Assembly (NCBI GenBank): GCA_033763455.1
Contig: JANRKO010000007.1
Coordinates: 25,072-89,071, forward strand
DNA from: Polyangiaceae bacterium
GTDB taxonomy: Bacteria > Myxococcota_A > Polyangia > Polyangiales > Polyangiaceae
DNA: 64,000 bases
Direction: 5' to 3'
Below the pieces are notes generated by a model. It was not told where the DNA came from, made no database searches, and saw nothing but the letters and a program-made list of their open reading frames with translations. Below, in pieces: positions 39,186 to 48,968 of this stretch (the stretch's first letter is position 1; each line of letters opens with the position of its first letter). Made by a program: the position numbers and the translations under genes.

Positions 39186-40955
39186 CTAGTAAGCGAACGC
39201 TCCCAACAACGGCGGCTTGCGCTCAACCCCGAGGAGATCAAACGCCTCCACTTCCTTCGGGTTTACGCGCAGCAAGACCTCGCTCCGCTCGCGATTGGGC
39301 CTAAAATCGGGCCTGTTGGGGCTCAGTGATCGGAGATCTGCCGTTAGCCACGCATCCAGGCCAGGGCGGAGAAAGGCTGACTTTATATCGGAGAATTCCA
39401 CATCGAGCTGTGCGTTTAGTTCGGGCGCGGCCGTTGCCAATGCCTTCAACTTTTCTGAACCATTGCTATATTCGATCCGCGTGATGATATTGTGGCTCGC
39501 TTCGAAGCGGTAGATGCTCGTGTTATCAACTTCAAGCGCGGAGCCGCTATCATTGATGAGGACGTTGTTAAAAACACGCGTACCCCAACTGCCATTCACG
39601 CTCTGAAGCGCAGGGCGGCTCTTGTTGTCCATGATGACGGTGTTGTTGCGGATGAGGTTCTGCTGGCACCCGAACAGAGGCAAGACCTCTGGGCCCGGCA
39701 CATGCTCTACGCTGCGAGGGCCTGGATCTCGCGCATCGTAGTCGAACGGGTTGCCGTTATCCCATTGCGCAATTCCTGTGGAAAAGTTGCCGTAGATCAG
39801 ATTGTTCTGAATCACCGACTGCGAAACACCAGCGAGATTCATGGCGGCTCCGCCAACGCGGCCGTTACCCGTGGCTACGTTGTCTTCGATGATAAATTCC
39901 ATACCGCGCCCGTCTGGAAACGCCCCGGGCCCAAACAACTTGGTCGCATCTGTGGCGGTCTTCGCGATCCAGGCTCGAGTTGCGTCGACACCCCTCAGCA
40001 TCTTGGGATGCTCGACGAGCTCTTCGTAGGAGGCGGTGGGGTCCAGGTTGCACTGCAGCCCAGACGCCGGGTTGTTCACGAACACATTTCGACGGATCAC
40101 GTAGCGGTCAGAACCGTCGGAGACGTAGCAACCATGTTCCGTGCCTGAATAGCCGAATACGCTGTCCTGGATGAGCACGTCTTGCGTATCGGTGCTGTGC
40201 AGCCCCCAATTCTTGTGATGATGCGAAAGGACTCGCAAAATCGCCACATGGTGCGCCATGCGCGCACTTTCCCTAAAGTAGCCATCAATAAAGATCCCCG
40301 CACGCGGAGTATTTTCCGCGGGCTGCCCCGGCTTGCTGGACCCCCGAAGCTCGAACCCCTCCAAGATGACGTGATCGACGTTCACCAGCGCGACCATCCA
40401 AGAGCCGTGGTCAGCGTCCGGGGCACGGTTAATGACCACTTCCCCTTTTTCACCCAGTGCGACAAACCTCACAAATTTCCCTGGGCCCGTGCCTTTGGGG
40501 TGCTCCAAGTGAAAGCCTGCATACGTTCCTGGAAAAGCAACCACCAGATCACCACCCACTACCCGGTCGGCGGCAGCTTGAAGCGACGGCACGGTATCTG
40601 TGATTGCGAGCTCCTCGTACGTGAGCTGACCAACCCGAGCATTCAGATCTAGCCTCGGCACGCGCGCGATCTTGGTACCGGCGGGCGCGCCAACCGCGAA
40701 AACTCGGGTGTAGTTCGCTTGCACTGGAAACTGAGCCGCTACCCAGGCATCCGAACGCGTTCTAGGTGGCGTAAGCGCCAGCGTGTTGGTGCCCACAGGT
40801 AGCGCACGCGGGGCTGGCTGAGGCTTCGCAGGGCTCGGAGAGGGGAGCACCACTCTCTGGGCTGTCCGATGCGGACTCGTTGGGTTCTCGCGCCAGCTTC
40901 TGCCGCAGCCGACACAGCATGATAGGGTGCTTATCAACAGAGTCAGCCAACGCAT
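39186..40955 (-). CDS. Right-handed parallel beta-helix (pectin lyase-like) lipoprotein
   Basis: Lipobox-like CCVGC; SLQAAAD..GDLV..PGTY; repeated IRRN/IEDN/IQNN/IRNN coils. Confidence 0.8.
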   Translation of the reverse strand: MRWLTLLISTLSCCVGCGRSWRENPTSPHRTAQRVVLPSPSPAKPQPAPRALPVGTNTLALTPPRTRSDAWVAAQFPVQANYTRVFAVGAPAGTKIARVPRLDLNARVGQLTYEELAITDTVPSLQAAADRVVGGDLVVAFPGTYAGFHLEHPKGTGPGKFVRFVALGEKGEVVINRAPDADHGSWMVALVNVDHVILEGFELRGSSKPGQPAENTPRAGIFIDGYFRESARMAHHVAILRVLSHHHKNWGLHSTDTQDVLIQDSVFGYSGTEHGCYVSDGSDRYVIRRNVFVNNPASGLQCNLDPTASYEELVEHPKMLRGVDATRAWIAKTATDATKLFGPGAFPDGRGMEFIIEDNVATGNGRVGGAAMNLAGVSQSVIQNNLIYGNFSTGIAQWDNGNPFDYDARDPGPRSVEHVPGPEVLPLFGCQQNLIRNNTVIMDNKSRPALQSVNGSWGTRVFNNVLINDSGSALEVDNTSIYRFEASHNIITRIEYSNGSEKLKALATAAPELNAQLDVEFSDIKSAFLRPGLDAWLTADLRSLSPNRPDFRPNRERSEVLLRVNPKEVEAFDLLGVERKPPLLGAFAY

Positions 40956-41054
40956 TGCGAGAGCGATAACATGGAGACAGCGAGGCGTCCAGGGGATCGC
41001 GCTTCGTGGGTGCTTCGTGGGTCGGCCCGTGGACGGCTCCCCTTGGAGGAAGCT

Positions 41055-42377
41055 CTAGTCGGAGGTGAGGCGAGGGTCTGGCGCGGCGTCGACGCGAAGG
41101 GGCGGCTGAACAACAACTGGCGGCGCAATTCGACTTGGAAACGTTCCCTGAGCGAAGAGCGTGAGTGTATTGTGCTGGGAGGCACCCAGAAGGTTGGTGG
41201 GGGACTTCGCGTCGAATTGCCGAAAGTGTTGATAGCTGAGAATGAGTGAGATGGCGTCGTCATACCAGCCGATGCTGGCATCCGCTTGTGCGGTGGTGAT
41301 ACGTTCCTCGGCACCACTCTCGAATTGCGACACGCGATTGATGCCAGCGCTCACACCAGCGTTGGCGCGTAGCGGATGTACATCCGAAAGAGAGTAAGAG
41401 CCAGCAAGGTTCACCTCGTCGCGAACAAACACTTGATTGGCCAATAGGTTGACTGTCGTATCGTGCGCGACCCCGAGGGAGCCCTGAAATCTGATATCGA
41501 CAAAATTGAGGGAGGCGGCACCAATTGGGCCCGTCTTGGTCTTCTGGGTCGCGGGTTGAATTTCGGTGCTGAAGCCCCCGGAGAAGGTACTATTCCACAG
41601 CGCATCCCAATCCCTGCGATAACGGTAGATGAGCGAGAGCAACACGCGATCTTCGTCTGCTCCTTGCTGAAGCGGATCGGCCGGCGCGTCTTCGAACACC
41701 GATGAAAAGAAGGTGCCGTTGGCGAATATGCCATGCGCGTTCTGGCCCAGAGTGAGATCCAACCCGTAGCCTGCATTCACCTGGTAGCGCCAAGGCTGTG
41801 GCGTGGCAGGTTGAACCGGAAATATCAGGCCTGCTCCGCTGCTTTGGGTACCTGTTAAGCTGTCGCTGAAGTCATGAGCCCAGGCCTCAAACCAATCCAG
41901 ATTCAGAATCACGGTATCGTTCGCTGGAACCTCCACTCCGCCGGCGCCCTGGCGAGTGCGATCCAGGACGTACAGAGCGAACGTGCGACTGGTGGCGCCA
42001 GCCGCCAGCGTTAGCCGGTCGGTGTCGGCAAGCTCAAATGCGCCGCGAATACTAACGGCATTGTTAAAGCCGTTGGGATCGAATTCTGGTGGGTGGTCAA
42101 AGTAGTACGAGTAGTCGAGCCCGTAGCCCGCCTCGTATAGGGCCGTGGGCGCCTCATGCACTAGAAGCACTCCCGCCCCGAGCTGGCTGTAGACCGTGGC
42201 AAACGGCCCCCGCTGACCGGGGAGTGGGTCCGAGCGAGCGCCGAAGGCATTGTCCGAGTAGGTGAGGCTGGCCCTGCCCGTGCCATGCACCGAGGTTTGT
42301 GCCAAAGCGGTAGTGCTCAGCAGAAACGAAGTCACTGCGGCAGCTCCAGCGCGTCCGCATCTGCTCCAACGAGGCAT
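41055..42377 (-). CDS. Outer-membrane beta-barrel, putative EpsX/Wzp-type polysaccharide translocon
   Basis: Signal peptide ..TALA; ASLTYSDN at first strand; amphipathic strands throughout; EPS locus context. Confidence 0.65.
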   Translation of the reverse strand: MPRWSRCGRAGAAAVTSFLLSTTALAQTSVHGTGRASLTYSDNAFGARSDPLPGQRGPFATVYSQLGAGVLLVHEAPTALYEAGYGLDYSYYFDHPPEFDPNGFNNAVSIRGAFELADTDRLTLAAGATSRTFALYVLDRTRQGAGGVEVPANDTVILNLDWFEAWAHDFSDSLTGTQSSGAGLIFPVQPATPQPWRYQVNAGYGLDLTLGQNAHGIFANGTFFSSVFEDAPADPLQQGADEDRVLLSLIYRYRRDWDALWNSTFSGGFSTEIQPATQKTKTGPIGAASLNFVDIRFQGSLGVAHDTTVNLLANQVFVRDEVNLAGSYSLSDVHPLRANAGVSAGINRVSQFESGAEERITTAQADASIGWYDDAISLILSYQHFRQFDAKSPTNLLGASQHNTLTLFAQGTFPSRIAPPVVVQPPLRVDAAPDPRLTSD

Positions 42378-42391
42378 GGTGGGCGCGTACC

Positions 42392-43012
42392 ATGCCTGCT
42401 AGTTTTCGACCAGCCGTGTCACCCGCTGTCCAAGCTGCCCTTTCGGCACTCGGGATTCCCCCGTTGCCACGCGTCGGCTCGGACGCTTATTCGGATCTGA
42501 TTCGGACTGCTCGTCTGCTGCGTGGCGAAGGCCGAGCCGTGGGCCTGGTGCCTGCCACCGCCCGTGTCGCAGTGCCAGGCGTCGCGATTCAGTTGGCGCT
42601 CGCGCTCAATGAGGTCGGAGTGAAAGAGGTATGCGTGGTGGATGCCAACTACGAGTTACCTGCGTTCAGTGACATGGCTCCCATTGGCGTCACCGCGGGC
42701 CCTAACATCCGTCACGGCTTTGTAGCGGTGCCGTTGGGGGATGGGGCAACATTGCTCACACCACACTCGCCGGAACCCAGCTTGCCCCTCAAGCGCTTGG
42801 ATCAACTCCTTCCCGAGCTTCGTAGCCTGTTCGATAAGGTCATCGTGGACCTCACGGGTTTTCGAGAGGTCGGTGAGCTCGTGGGAGCCTGCGCGATCTT
42901 AGACGGTGTGCTCGCCGTGGCGACTACGAACGTTACCCTAGAGCGGGAGCTTGCAGGGCTCGTTGCCGACCTTGGCGACCGGCCACTTCTCGGCACTCTG
43001 CTCGTTGGCTAG
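42392..43012 (+). CDS. BY-kinase/MinD-like protein with degenerate P-loop (start may be 42416)
   Basis: VAIQLALAL..CVVDAN..FDKVIVDL..DGVLAV..LLGTLLV fold pattern; no GK(S/T). Confidence 0.65.
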   Translation: MPASFRPAVSPAVQAALSALGIPPLPRVGSDAYSDLIRTARLLRGEGRAVGLVPATARVAVPGVAIQLALALNEVGVKEVCVVDANYELPAFSDMAPIGVTAGPNIRHGFVAVPLGDGATLLTPHSPEPSLPLKRLDQLLPELRSLFDKVIVDLTGFREVGELVGACAILDGVLAVATTNVTLERELAGLVADLGDRPLLGTLLVG

Positions 43013-43310
43013 ACGGTTCGCAGTGAGTCCGCTGTGTTGCGTGACGATGTCTGGACGGCACGCAAGACGTGGGCTTAGGTGGTTCGAAGTGGGTTGCATT
43101 CTCCCACGGAGATCCGTTTGCACTTGAGATTTCCCTGAGGCTTGAGCGTCAGAGTCCACCGCCGATGGCCCGCAACATCGAACGCGACCAACGGGCCCAG
43201 AACCTCAGCCAAAGACTTGTACCCACGGGCCGTTTTCGTGTCACCTGGCGTAATTGATGGCGACCCTACCCTGGCGTAAGCTGCTAAGCATCTCTAGAGC
43301 TAGGGGAAAG

Positions 43311-43757
43311 TTGCCGGTTATCAAACTGCAAGTGCCTGGTGAACTCTCGTATCGCGAGTTAGCGACGCGTACCGTGGCGCTCGCCTGCAAACTGGCAACC
43401 ACGCATGCAGGAGACCTGGATACGGAGCGTGGCACACAATTTTCGCACGAGTTGGTTTCGGCTGTTGGTGAAGCGTTCAACAACACAGCTATCCACTCCT
43501 ACAACGGCCTAGAGCCCGGTGATGTCACTATCAACATCAGCTTTGACCGTGAACGCGTTCAAGTTGAGGTCTGCGACACCGGCCACAGCTTTGACCTCGC
43601 CAAGGTCAAGGTGCCGGACCTTGGCGCCTTGCCCGAGTCTGGCATGGGCCTGTACATCATCCGTTCGTTCGTCGACCACCTGGACTATGAGGGCGGCACC
43701 CCGAACGTTCTCAAGATGACGAAGTACCTCGCTGAGCAGCCACCGCGGGTGGCCTAG
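43311..43757 (+). CDS. RsbW/SpoIIAB-like serine kinase (HATPase_c_2)
   Basis: AVGEAFNNTAIHSY, DTGHSFD, ESGMGLYII; TTG start after AGGGG. Confidence 0.9.
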   Translation: MPVIKLQVPGELSYRELATRTVALACKLATTHAGDLDTERGTQFSHELVSAVGEAFNNTAIHSYNGLEPGDVTINISFDRERVQVEVCDTGHSFDLAKVKVPDLGALPESGMGLYIIRSFVDHLDYEGGTPNVLKMTKYLAEQPPRVA

Positions 43758-43763
43758 GCGGCT

Positions 43764-44504
43764 TTAGCCGCCCATGAGAACGCTGCCAAACAGCGTAACC
43801 GGCTGCAAGTACTCCGCCGCCTTCTTGAGTTCGGAGCTGCGGGTCATGCCGGCACGCCCCACCATCAAGAGGCCGTCGACGCACGACTCGATGATACTCA
43901 CATCGGCGGAGCCAAATACTGACGGGCAATCGAGGATGATCCGCGAGTAGTTAGTGCCACGAAGTGCGCTCATAGCGCTCGTAAGGGCAGCCCCCTTGAG
44001 CTGCGTCGGGGACGTCACGTTCGGATTCACCGCTAATACGTGAAGATTGAACAGGTACGTTGCCACCACGCTCCACTGGTAGCTAGGGCGCCCCAAAGCC
44101 TCCTGCATTTGCTCCGCGAAACAACGTGGCGGTAGAAACCCAAGCCCTTGCGCCAGTACTGGTTGCTGAAGGTTGGCCTCCACCAGCAACACGTTGCCCA
44201 GGCCGTGCTCTGCAAACGCTAGGGCCAAGTTGAGCGCACACGTCGTCTTCCCCTCCTCCCGGCCCGGGCTAGTCACCGCGAATACACGCGAATCTGGCAG
44301 CGCCTGGAGGCGGTGCCGTAACACGCGAAATGCTGCAGCGCCTTCTGCCTGGGGTTCAGTGAGAACTGGCACCCGAATGCGCCCAGTGGGCGGTTCGTCG
44401 AAGGTGGCGACGACCCCTACCTGCGTTTCCTCGCGCGCCGGCCCACCGCCACCGGCTGAAATGACGCCGCTAGCCGACAAGAGAACCTCCCTTTTTCGTT
44501 TCAT
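43764..44504 (-). CDS. CpsD/CapB (Wze) BY-kinase-like protein
   Basis: AFRVLR, TSPGREEGKTT, LLVEANL, ILDCP; no C-terminal Tyr cluster. Confidence 0.88.
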   Translation of the reverse strand: MKRKREVLLSASGVISAGGGGPAREETQVGVVATFDEPPTGRIRVPVLTEPQAEGAAAFRVLRHRLQALPDSRVFAVTSPGREEGKTTCALNLALAFAEHGLGNVLLVEANLQQPVLAQGLGFLPPRCFAEQMQEALGRPSYQWSVVATYLFNLHVLAVNPNVTSPTQLKGAALTSAMSALRGTNYSRIILDCPSVFGSADVSIIESCVDGLLMVGRAGMTRSSELKKAAEYLQPVTLFGSVLMGG

Positions 44505-46026
44505 TCAACGCGGGAATCACTTGAGCAATTGGCCCCAATCTTAGATCCCGGAGGTCATACTGGTTGAGCAGCCGGTCATCCAATAGTGCAAAGCCGAACG
44601 CCACCATGCAGCCCAACGCCAGTACTGCCGCAAACGCCATCGCCGACGTCTTACGAGGACCGCGGGCTAATGGGCGTGTTGGTTTGAGCGGGGCATCGAT
44701 CACCACGATGCGCCCAACTCCGCCTTCAGCCTCTATGATGGCCAGGGTCACCGCTGAATCCAGACGCCGCTGAAGATCTCTAAAACGATCCTGAGCGTTC
44801 ATGACATCGCGATTCAAGCCTACCCAGCGAGTCTCGTTGGCAACGACGGTTTCCGCAGCGCTGGGGCCTGGGTTCTCCTTCCCCGTTGCGTCGCTCTTCC
44901 GCGCCTCACGAGCAATGGTCTTGTCGAGCTTACGCAGATCGGTTTCAAGCCTGGCTTGAACTTCTGCGGGCATCGCGTTCGGTGAAGGCGGGGGAGAGGC
45001 GGTGGAAGTCGTGGCGCTGATCGCCGCGTTGACTTGCGCCAGGTTTTCTCGCGCTTCGGCAACGTCAGCGAGTGCGTCCAGCACATCAGGGTGTCGATCC
45101 GTGAATCGCTTCCGTTTGTCGTCAAGACGACCCTCCGCGCGGTCGAGCTCAGCTTTTGCGTCGTTGAGCTGTTGCCGCTCTTCCGGCGTAAGCGTTGCAG
45201 CTGCTGGCACTGCGGCGGGCGCACCCGGATCCTGCAGTTGAGCTCCTAGACGGGCGGCCTGGCGCCTCAACTCACCCAAGCGAGGGTTGCCTTGCGTTTT
45301 ATCCCCCTTCTTCTCGGCCACGCGAATCGTTGCACCCACCTGGCCACGGCCAAGCGCCACGTCATCCAAGGCGAATTCCGGATGTTGGGTGAGAAACGTC
45401 GCGAGCTCCTTTTCTTTGGCCCGAAGCTCGGCCGCGACTTCATTGAACTGCTTTTGAAGAAAAGCCTTCGTCGCGTCAGCCTGCTCTTGAGCATATTCCC
45501 CTGGCTGCTCAATGATATCTGCCACCAGACGCTCTCCCACCTTCTGCACCGCGTCTGGGTCACTCCCGCGGAAATTGATCACTAGCATCTTTCCATCGCG
45601 AGCCACGATGTCAACGTTCCGGCGAAATTCCTCGACGGCATCAGCCATTCCGCGAGACTCGATGATATCTCGGTAGAGGCCTAGGTCCTCTATGATCTTG
45701 GTGACGCTCGTGCGCGAGAGAACCATGTCCTCAAGCCGCGCGCTCTGTTGCACCCAGCGCTCTTGCTCATGTCGATTGCCCACCAGCGCACTGGCCTGGA
45801 CGGTTTCGCGATAGCCCACGGTGGCGCTGGTCTCGTAGATTGGCTTCAGAATCGAGGGCGCAGCGAACGCTGCCCCCGCGCCGAGGAGCACAGCTACGGC
45901 GACAGCCGGCCAAAACTGGAGGGCACGAACGAAAAGGAGCCACGTGCGCCGGAGCACGTCGCCGATCGCTACAAACGTCGACTCGAGATCGGGATCCTTG
46001 GCTCTGTCGCGTTCGGTATCAGGCAC
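44470..46026 (-). CDS. Polysaccharide co-polymerase (Wzc/GumC, no kinase domain)
   Basis: TM-coiled coil-TM; FTDRHPDV; VIDAPLKP. Confidence 0.9.
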   Translation of the reverse strand: MPDTERDRAKDPDLESTFVAIGDVLRRTWLLFVRALQFWPAVAVAVLLGAGAAFAAPSILKPIYETSATVGYRETVQASALVGNRHEQERWVQQSARLEDMVLSRTSVTKIIEDLGLYRDIIESRGMADAVEEFRRNVDIVARDGKMLVINFRGSDPDAVQKVGERLVADIIEQPGEYAQEQADATKAFLQKQFNEVAAELRAKEKELATFLTQHPEFALDDVALGRGQVGATIRVAEKKGDKTQGNPRLGELRRQAARLGAQLQDPGAPAAVPAAATLTPEERQQLNDAKAELDRAEGRLDDKRKRFTDRHPDVLDALADVAEARENLAQVNAAISATTSTASPPPSPNAMPAEVQARLETDLRKLDKTIAREARKSDATGKENPGPSAAETVVANETRWVGLNRDVMNAQDRFRDLQRRLDSAVTLAIIEAEGGVGRIVVIDAPLKPTRPLARGPRKTSAMAFAAVLALGCMVAFGFALLDDRLLNQYDLRDLRLGPIAQVIPALNETKKGGSLVG

Positions 46027-47086
46027 GTGCTCTGGCTCTCTGCTGTCGTTCTGCTAACGATCCTGCAGCCGACCCGGGAAAACGGGGGATGCTTGCAAAG
46101 CCCTTGATACCGAGCCGACGAAGCCCGTCAAGGTCCCGAAGGCGGCGGTCAAAGGTACCCGCGATCACGACGGCGATAGGCAGACCCAAAAACAGCGCGA
46201 AGATGCCTACAAGAGCCAGTTCCTGTCTCGCAGAAAAGAGGGGGGCTGGCGCGAGTCGGCCGCGATCGACCCACTCGAACGACAAGCCCATTGCCTCGTC
46301 CTCGAATGCTTTGCGAAGGCGAAGCCGTGCCGTGGTGCCCTCTGTGAGTGCCACTTGCCCTTCGATCTCGCGAGTTGTTTCCACTGCGCGCTTGTACTTA
46401 AAGAGTAACTCGACGCGTTCGGCCTCTGACGCTCGGCGATAATCACTGAGCGAGCGCGCTGCTTCGAAGCGGGCTTGTTTCAGGTTCGCTCGCAGTGTGA
46501 CCCCCACGCCAACAAACGAATCGAACGCCTCGTCCACTGCAGCTTGGCGCTCTTCGGTCTTGGTGTTGACCACAAGCTCGCCGAGCGCTCGCGCAACGGC
46601 TAGTGCCTCCTCGGGATCTCGCGCGGAATAGGCAACGTTTACTCGCGCAGACCTTTTCGACGGAGTATCGGCTTCGTCATCCTGCTGCCGGAAGAAGTCC
46701 CGAACCACGGTCAACGTGATGTCGTCACGCATCCGGTCCGCCGCAAAACCGGGGTCTAACGTTCTGAAGCTCGGGTAAAGGCGAAAGCGGTCCATGAGTT
46801 CAAGGAGCGGTTTGTCCGCGAAGACCGTGTGGTAGATGTGATCTTTGAGTGTACCGGAGCTAATCGGAGCCGTTGCTGCCTCGAGACGCCCTTCCTCCAG
46901 TTGAAGGACGACCTCGGAAGTGAACTTTCGAGGCCTCTTGGCCTTCACCGCCACGGCGGCTGCTGCCAACGCTAGGCTGACGGCTAGAGTAATGAGCACG
47001 CGCCTCCGAGCCCGCCTGGCCATTACCGCAAGCTCCGCCCGGACTCTCACCCAGCCCGGCTCGCTGTCACTCCAACCTTTGGCCAC
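46019..47086 (-). CDS. Second, shorter co-polymerase (Wzz/GumC-like)
   Basis: TM..YSARDPEEA..coiled coil..TM..FDRRLRDLDGLRRLG; start set at GTG 47086. Confidence 0.75.
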   Translation of the reverse strand: MAKGWSDSEPGWVRVRAELAVMARRARRRVLITLAVSLALAAAAVAVKAKRPRKFTSEVVLQLEEGRLEAATAPISSGTLKDHIYHTVFADKPLLELMDRFRLYPSFRTLDPGFAADRMRDDITLTVVRDFFRQQDDEADTPSKRSARVNVAYSARDPEEALAVARALGELVVNTKTEERQAAVDEAFDSFVGVGVTLRANLKQARFEAARSLSDYRRASEAERVELLFKYKRAVETTREIEGQVALTEGTTARLRLRKAFEDEAMGLSFEWVDRGRLAPAPLFSARQELALVGIFALFLGLPIAVVIAGTFDRRLRDLDGLRRLGIKGFASIPRFPGSAAGSLAERQQRARARA

Positions 47087-47108
47087 GGACTCGTGCGTAG
47101 CACAGGGC

Positions 47109-47426
47109 TTAGTCGGTGCGCTTGTCTTCCAAACCGAATACACGATCGAGGCGTAGAACCTGAAAAATCGACCGAGGTTGACCCGTGACGCCGCGGACCT
47201 CGAACGCTCCCCCGTAGGCACCAACGCGCTTGAACATCGACACGATACCGCCGACCCCGGTGCTATCAATCAGCCGGAGTTGGGAGAGATCAACTATAAC
47301 GCGGCGCGGCTGTGCGCCTAAGAGCTCGTCGATCTTCGGGCGCGCCTCAGGGGCCGTCTTGGCGTCAAATTCGCCTCTGATGGCTACAGTCGTGGTGTCG
47401 GCTTCGGAGCTGACGGCGAATTCCAT
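47109..47426 (-). CDS. STAS-domain anti-sigma-factor antagonist (RsbV/SpoIIAA-like)
   Basis: GEFDA..VIVDLSQLRLIDSTGVG..IFQVLRLDRVF. Confidence 0.93.
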   Translation of the reverse strand: MEFAVSSEADTTTVAIRGEFDAKTAPEARPKIDELLGAQPRRVIVDLSQLRLIDSTGVGGIVSMFKRVGAYGGAFEVRGVTGQPRSIFQVLRLDRVFGLEDKRTD

Positions 47427-47573
47427 GAAATTCCTACTAGCAACAGACTACCACATCCCCGGCAAGCCGGACCATGCATTTCAAGGCGCCTGAACGTTAC
47501 CACATAGGCAGCCTAGTGACGCCCCGCGGCGAACGCATGACTCTGCGTCGGATGAGCGCAGCCGGAAGGCTGG

Positions 47574-48965
47574 CTAGAGAATGCCGATTTTGTGCCGCGT
47601 GTACGCGTAAACTGCGCTCAGAGTCGCCGCGTTTAATGAAGCCAAGACCACAAGGTCTCTCCAACCCAAAGGTACCCTAAACGCCCTGTCGTGCGTCCTC
47701 ATTGCAGCGTAGACGGCACCGGTCAGTCCGAGAAACACCCACAGCACGTGGTGGTACGTAAAGGAGAGGAAGAAGATCCCGATCGCCAACCCTGACATCG
47801 AGCTCAGCAGCGCGTTCGCCCAAATCAGCGCCACACTGGCTTCCGGGCCTCGCGATCGCCGACCGATCAGAATGAGCGTCTTGATGGCTACGTAGATGAG
47901 CCCGCTGAACATCATTACCCCGGGTACGCCTAACTCGCCGGCTGCCAGCAAGTAGGCGTTGTGAGCCGTGAGTTCGTGGTGGTCCACGAACTTGTTGTGT
48001 CCAATGCCGAAAAGCGGGGAGTCGAGCATCAGCCGAACGCCCGTTTGCCAACAACCAAGCCTTTCTTCGGTAGAGGCATCGGCGTCTTCGCGCGCGGGAC
48101 CACTCAGGGCGATGAGCGCAGGAACGGCGATGACCAATAGAGGGAGTGTGGCCTTGAGCACTGTGCGCAAGCCCCACTTGCGAATGCTGTACATTCCGAA
48201 AACCGTTAGCAGCACCAGACGCCCCCCCCGTGACCCTGACATCACGACGGTAACGACCGTGAGGATCGCGGAGAGCACTGCCAAAACCAGGCGTGCGTGG
48301 GTGGGCTTACGCTGAAAAAACGCAAAGGCCAAAGGCAACCCGGAGCCAACGAGGAGGGCCACTTCGTTCGGGTCCTGTAGCGTCCCTGTATACCGGATCC
48401 GACCGTCACCAACGGTGGTGAGGCCAAATAAACCAGCGCTTTCACAGGAGTATTGAGCTTGGGGAATAGCGCCAAAGCACTCGAGATCCAACGTACAGGC
48501 TCGACCGTCAGGATGACCGGAATCGATGAGCCGCGTTTCCCCTGGCAAGAACGCAACGCATTGGCTGGGCTGGGCCCCCAAGTGAATGCACACGACGCAG
48601 ACGAACAGAACGCACGCCAGGATAACGCCGGCCACCACTTCGAAGGATTTGAATGTTTGAATGCCCTGGGCCAACAACCCGTAGATAAGAAATAGCACTG
48701 CCACCTGAGTCGCGCTGCCGGTGACGGCTCCAGGATCAACCATGGCAACGCTCAGGCAACACCACGCCAAGAAAGCGATGGCTAAGCCCAGGTGTTGAGC
48801 GGGGCGTACTTCGGTAAAGCGAAGACGTGCGTCCACGACGTAGCCCAACAGTGAGAGAGCGCAGAAGAGATAGAGGAGGGGCACCCCCTGCAGCGCCGGA
48901 ATGAAGTCGAAAGGGCGACCGAGCAGGAAGAGAAGCAGCAGCACGAGGCCAGGTAAAATGAACAT
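47574..48965 (-). CDS. Wzy polymerase / O-antigen ligase family protein
   Basis: Many TMs; RIRYTGTLQDPNE, SRGG, PLFGIG, TAHNAYL..GELG. Confidence 0.88.
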   Translation of the reverse strand: MFILPGLVLLLLFLLGRPFDFIPALQGVPLLYLFCALSLLGYVVDARLRFTEVRPAQHLGLAIAFLAWCCLSVAMVDPGAVTGSATQVAVLFLIYGLLAQGIQTFKSFEVVAGVILACVLFVCVVCIHLGAQPSQCVAFLPGETRLIDSGHPDGRACTLDLECFGAIPQAQYSCESAGLFGLTTVGDGRIRYTGTLQDPNEVALLVGSGLPLAFAFFQRKPTHARLVLAVLSAILTVVTVVMSGSRGGRLVLLTVFGMYSIRKWGLRTVLKATLPLLVIAVPALIALSGPAREDADASTEERLGCWQTGVRLMLDSPLFGIGHNKFVDHHELTAHNAYLLAAGELGVPGVMMFSGLIYVAIKTLILIGRRSRGPEASVALIWANALLSSMSGLAIGIFFLSFTYHHVLWVFLGLTGAVYAAMRTHDRAFRVPLGWRDLVVLASLNAATLSAVYAYTRHKIGIL

Positions 48966-48968
48966 GCG

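Noticed and set aside
46019..47269. 416-aa version of the second co-polymerase
   Set aside because: The extension overlaps the STAS gene; GTG at 47086 fits better
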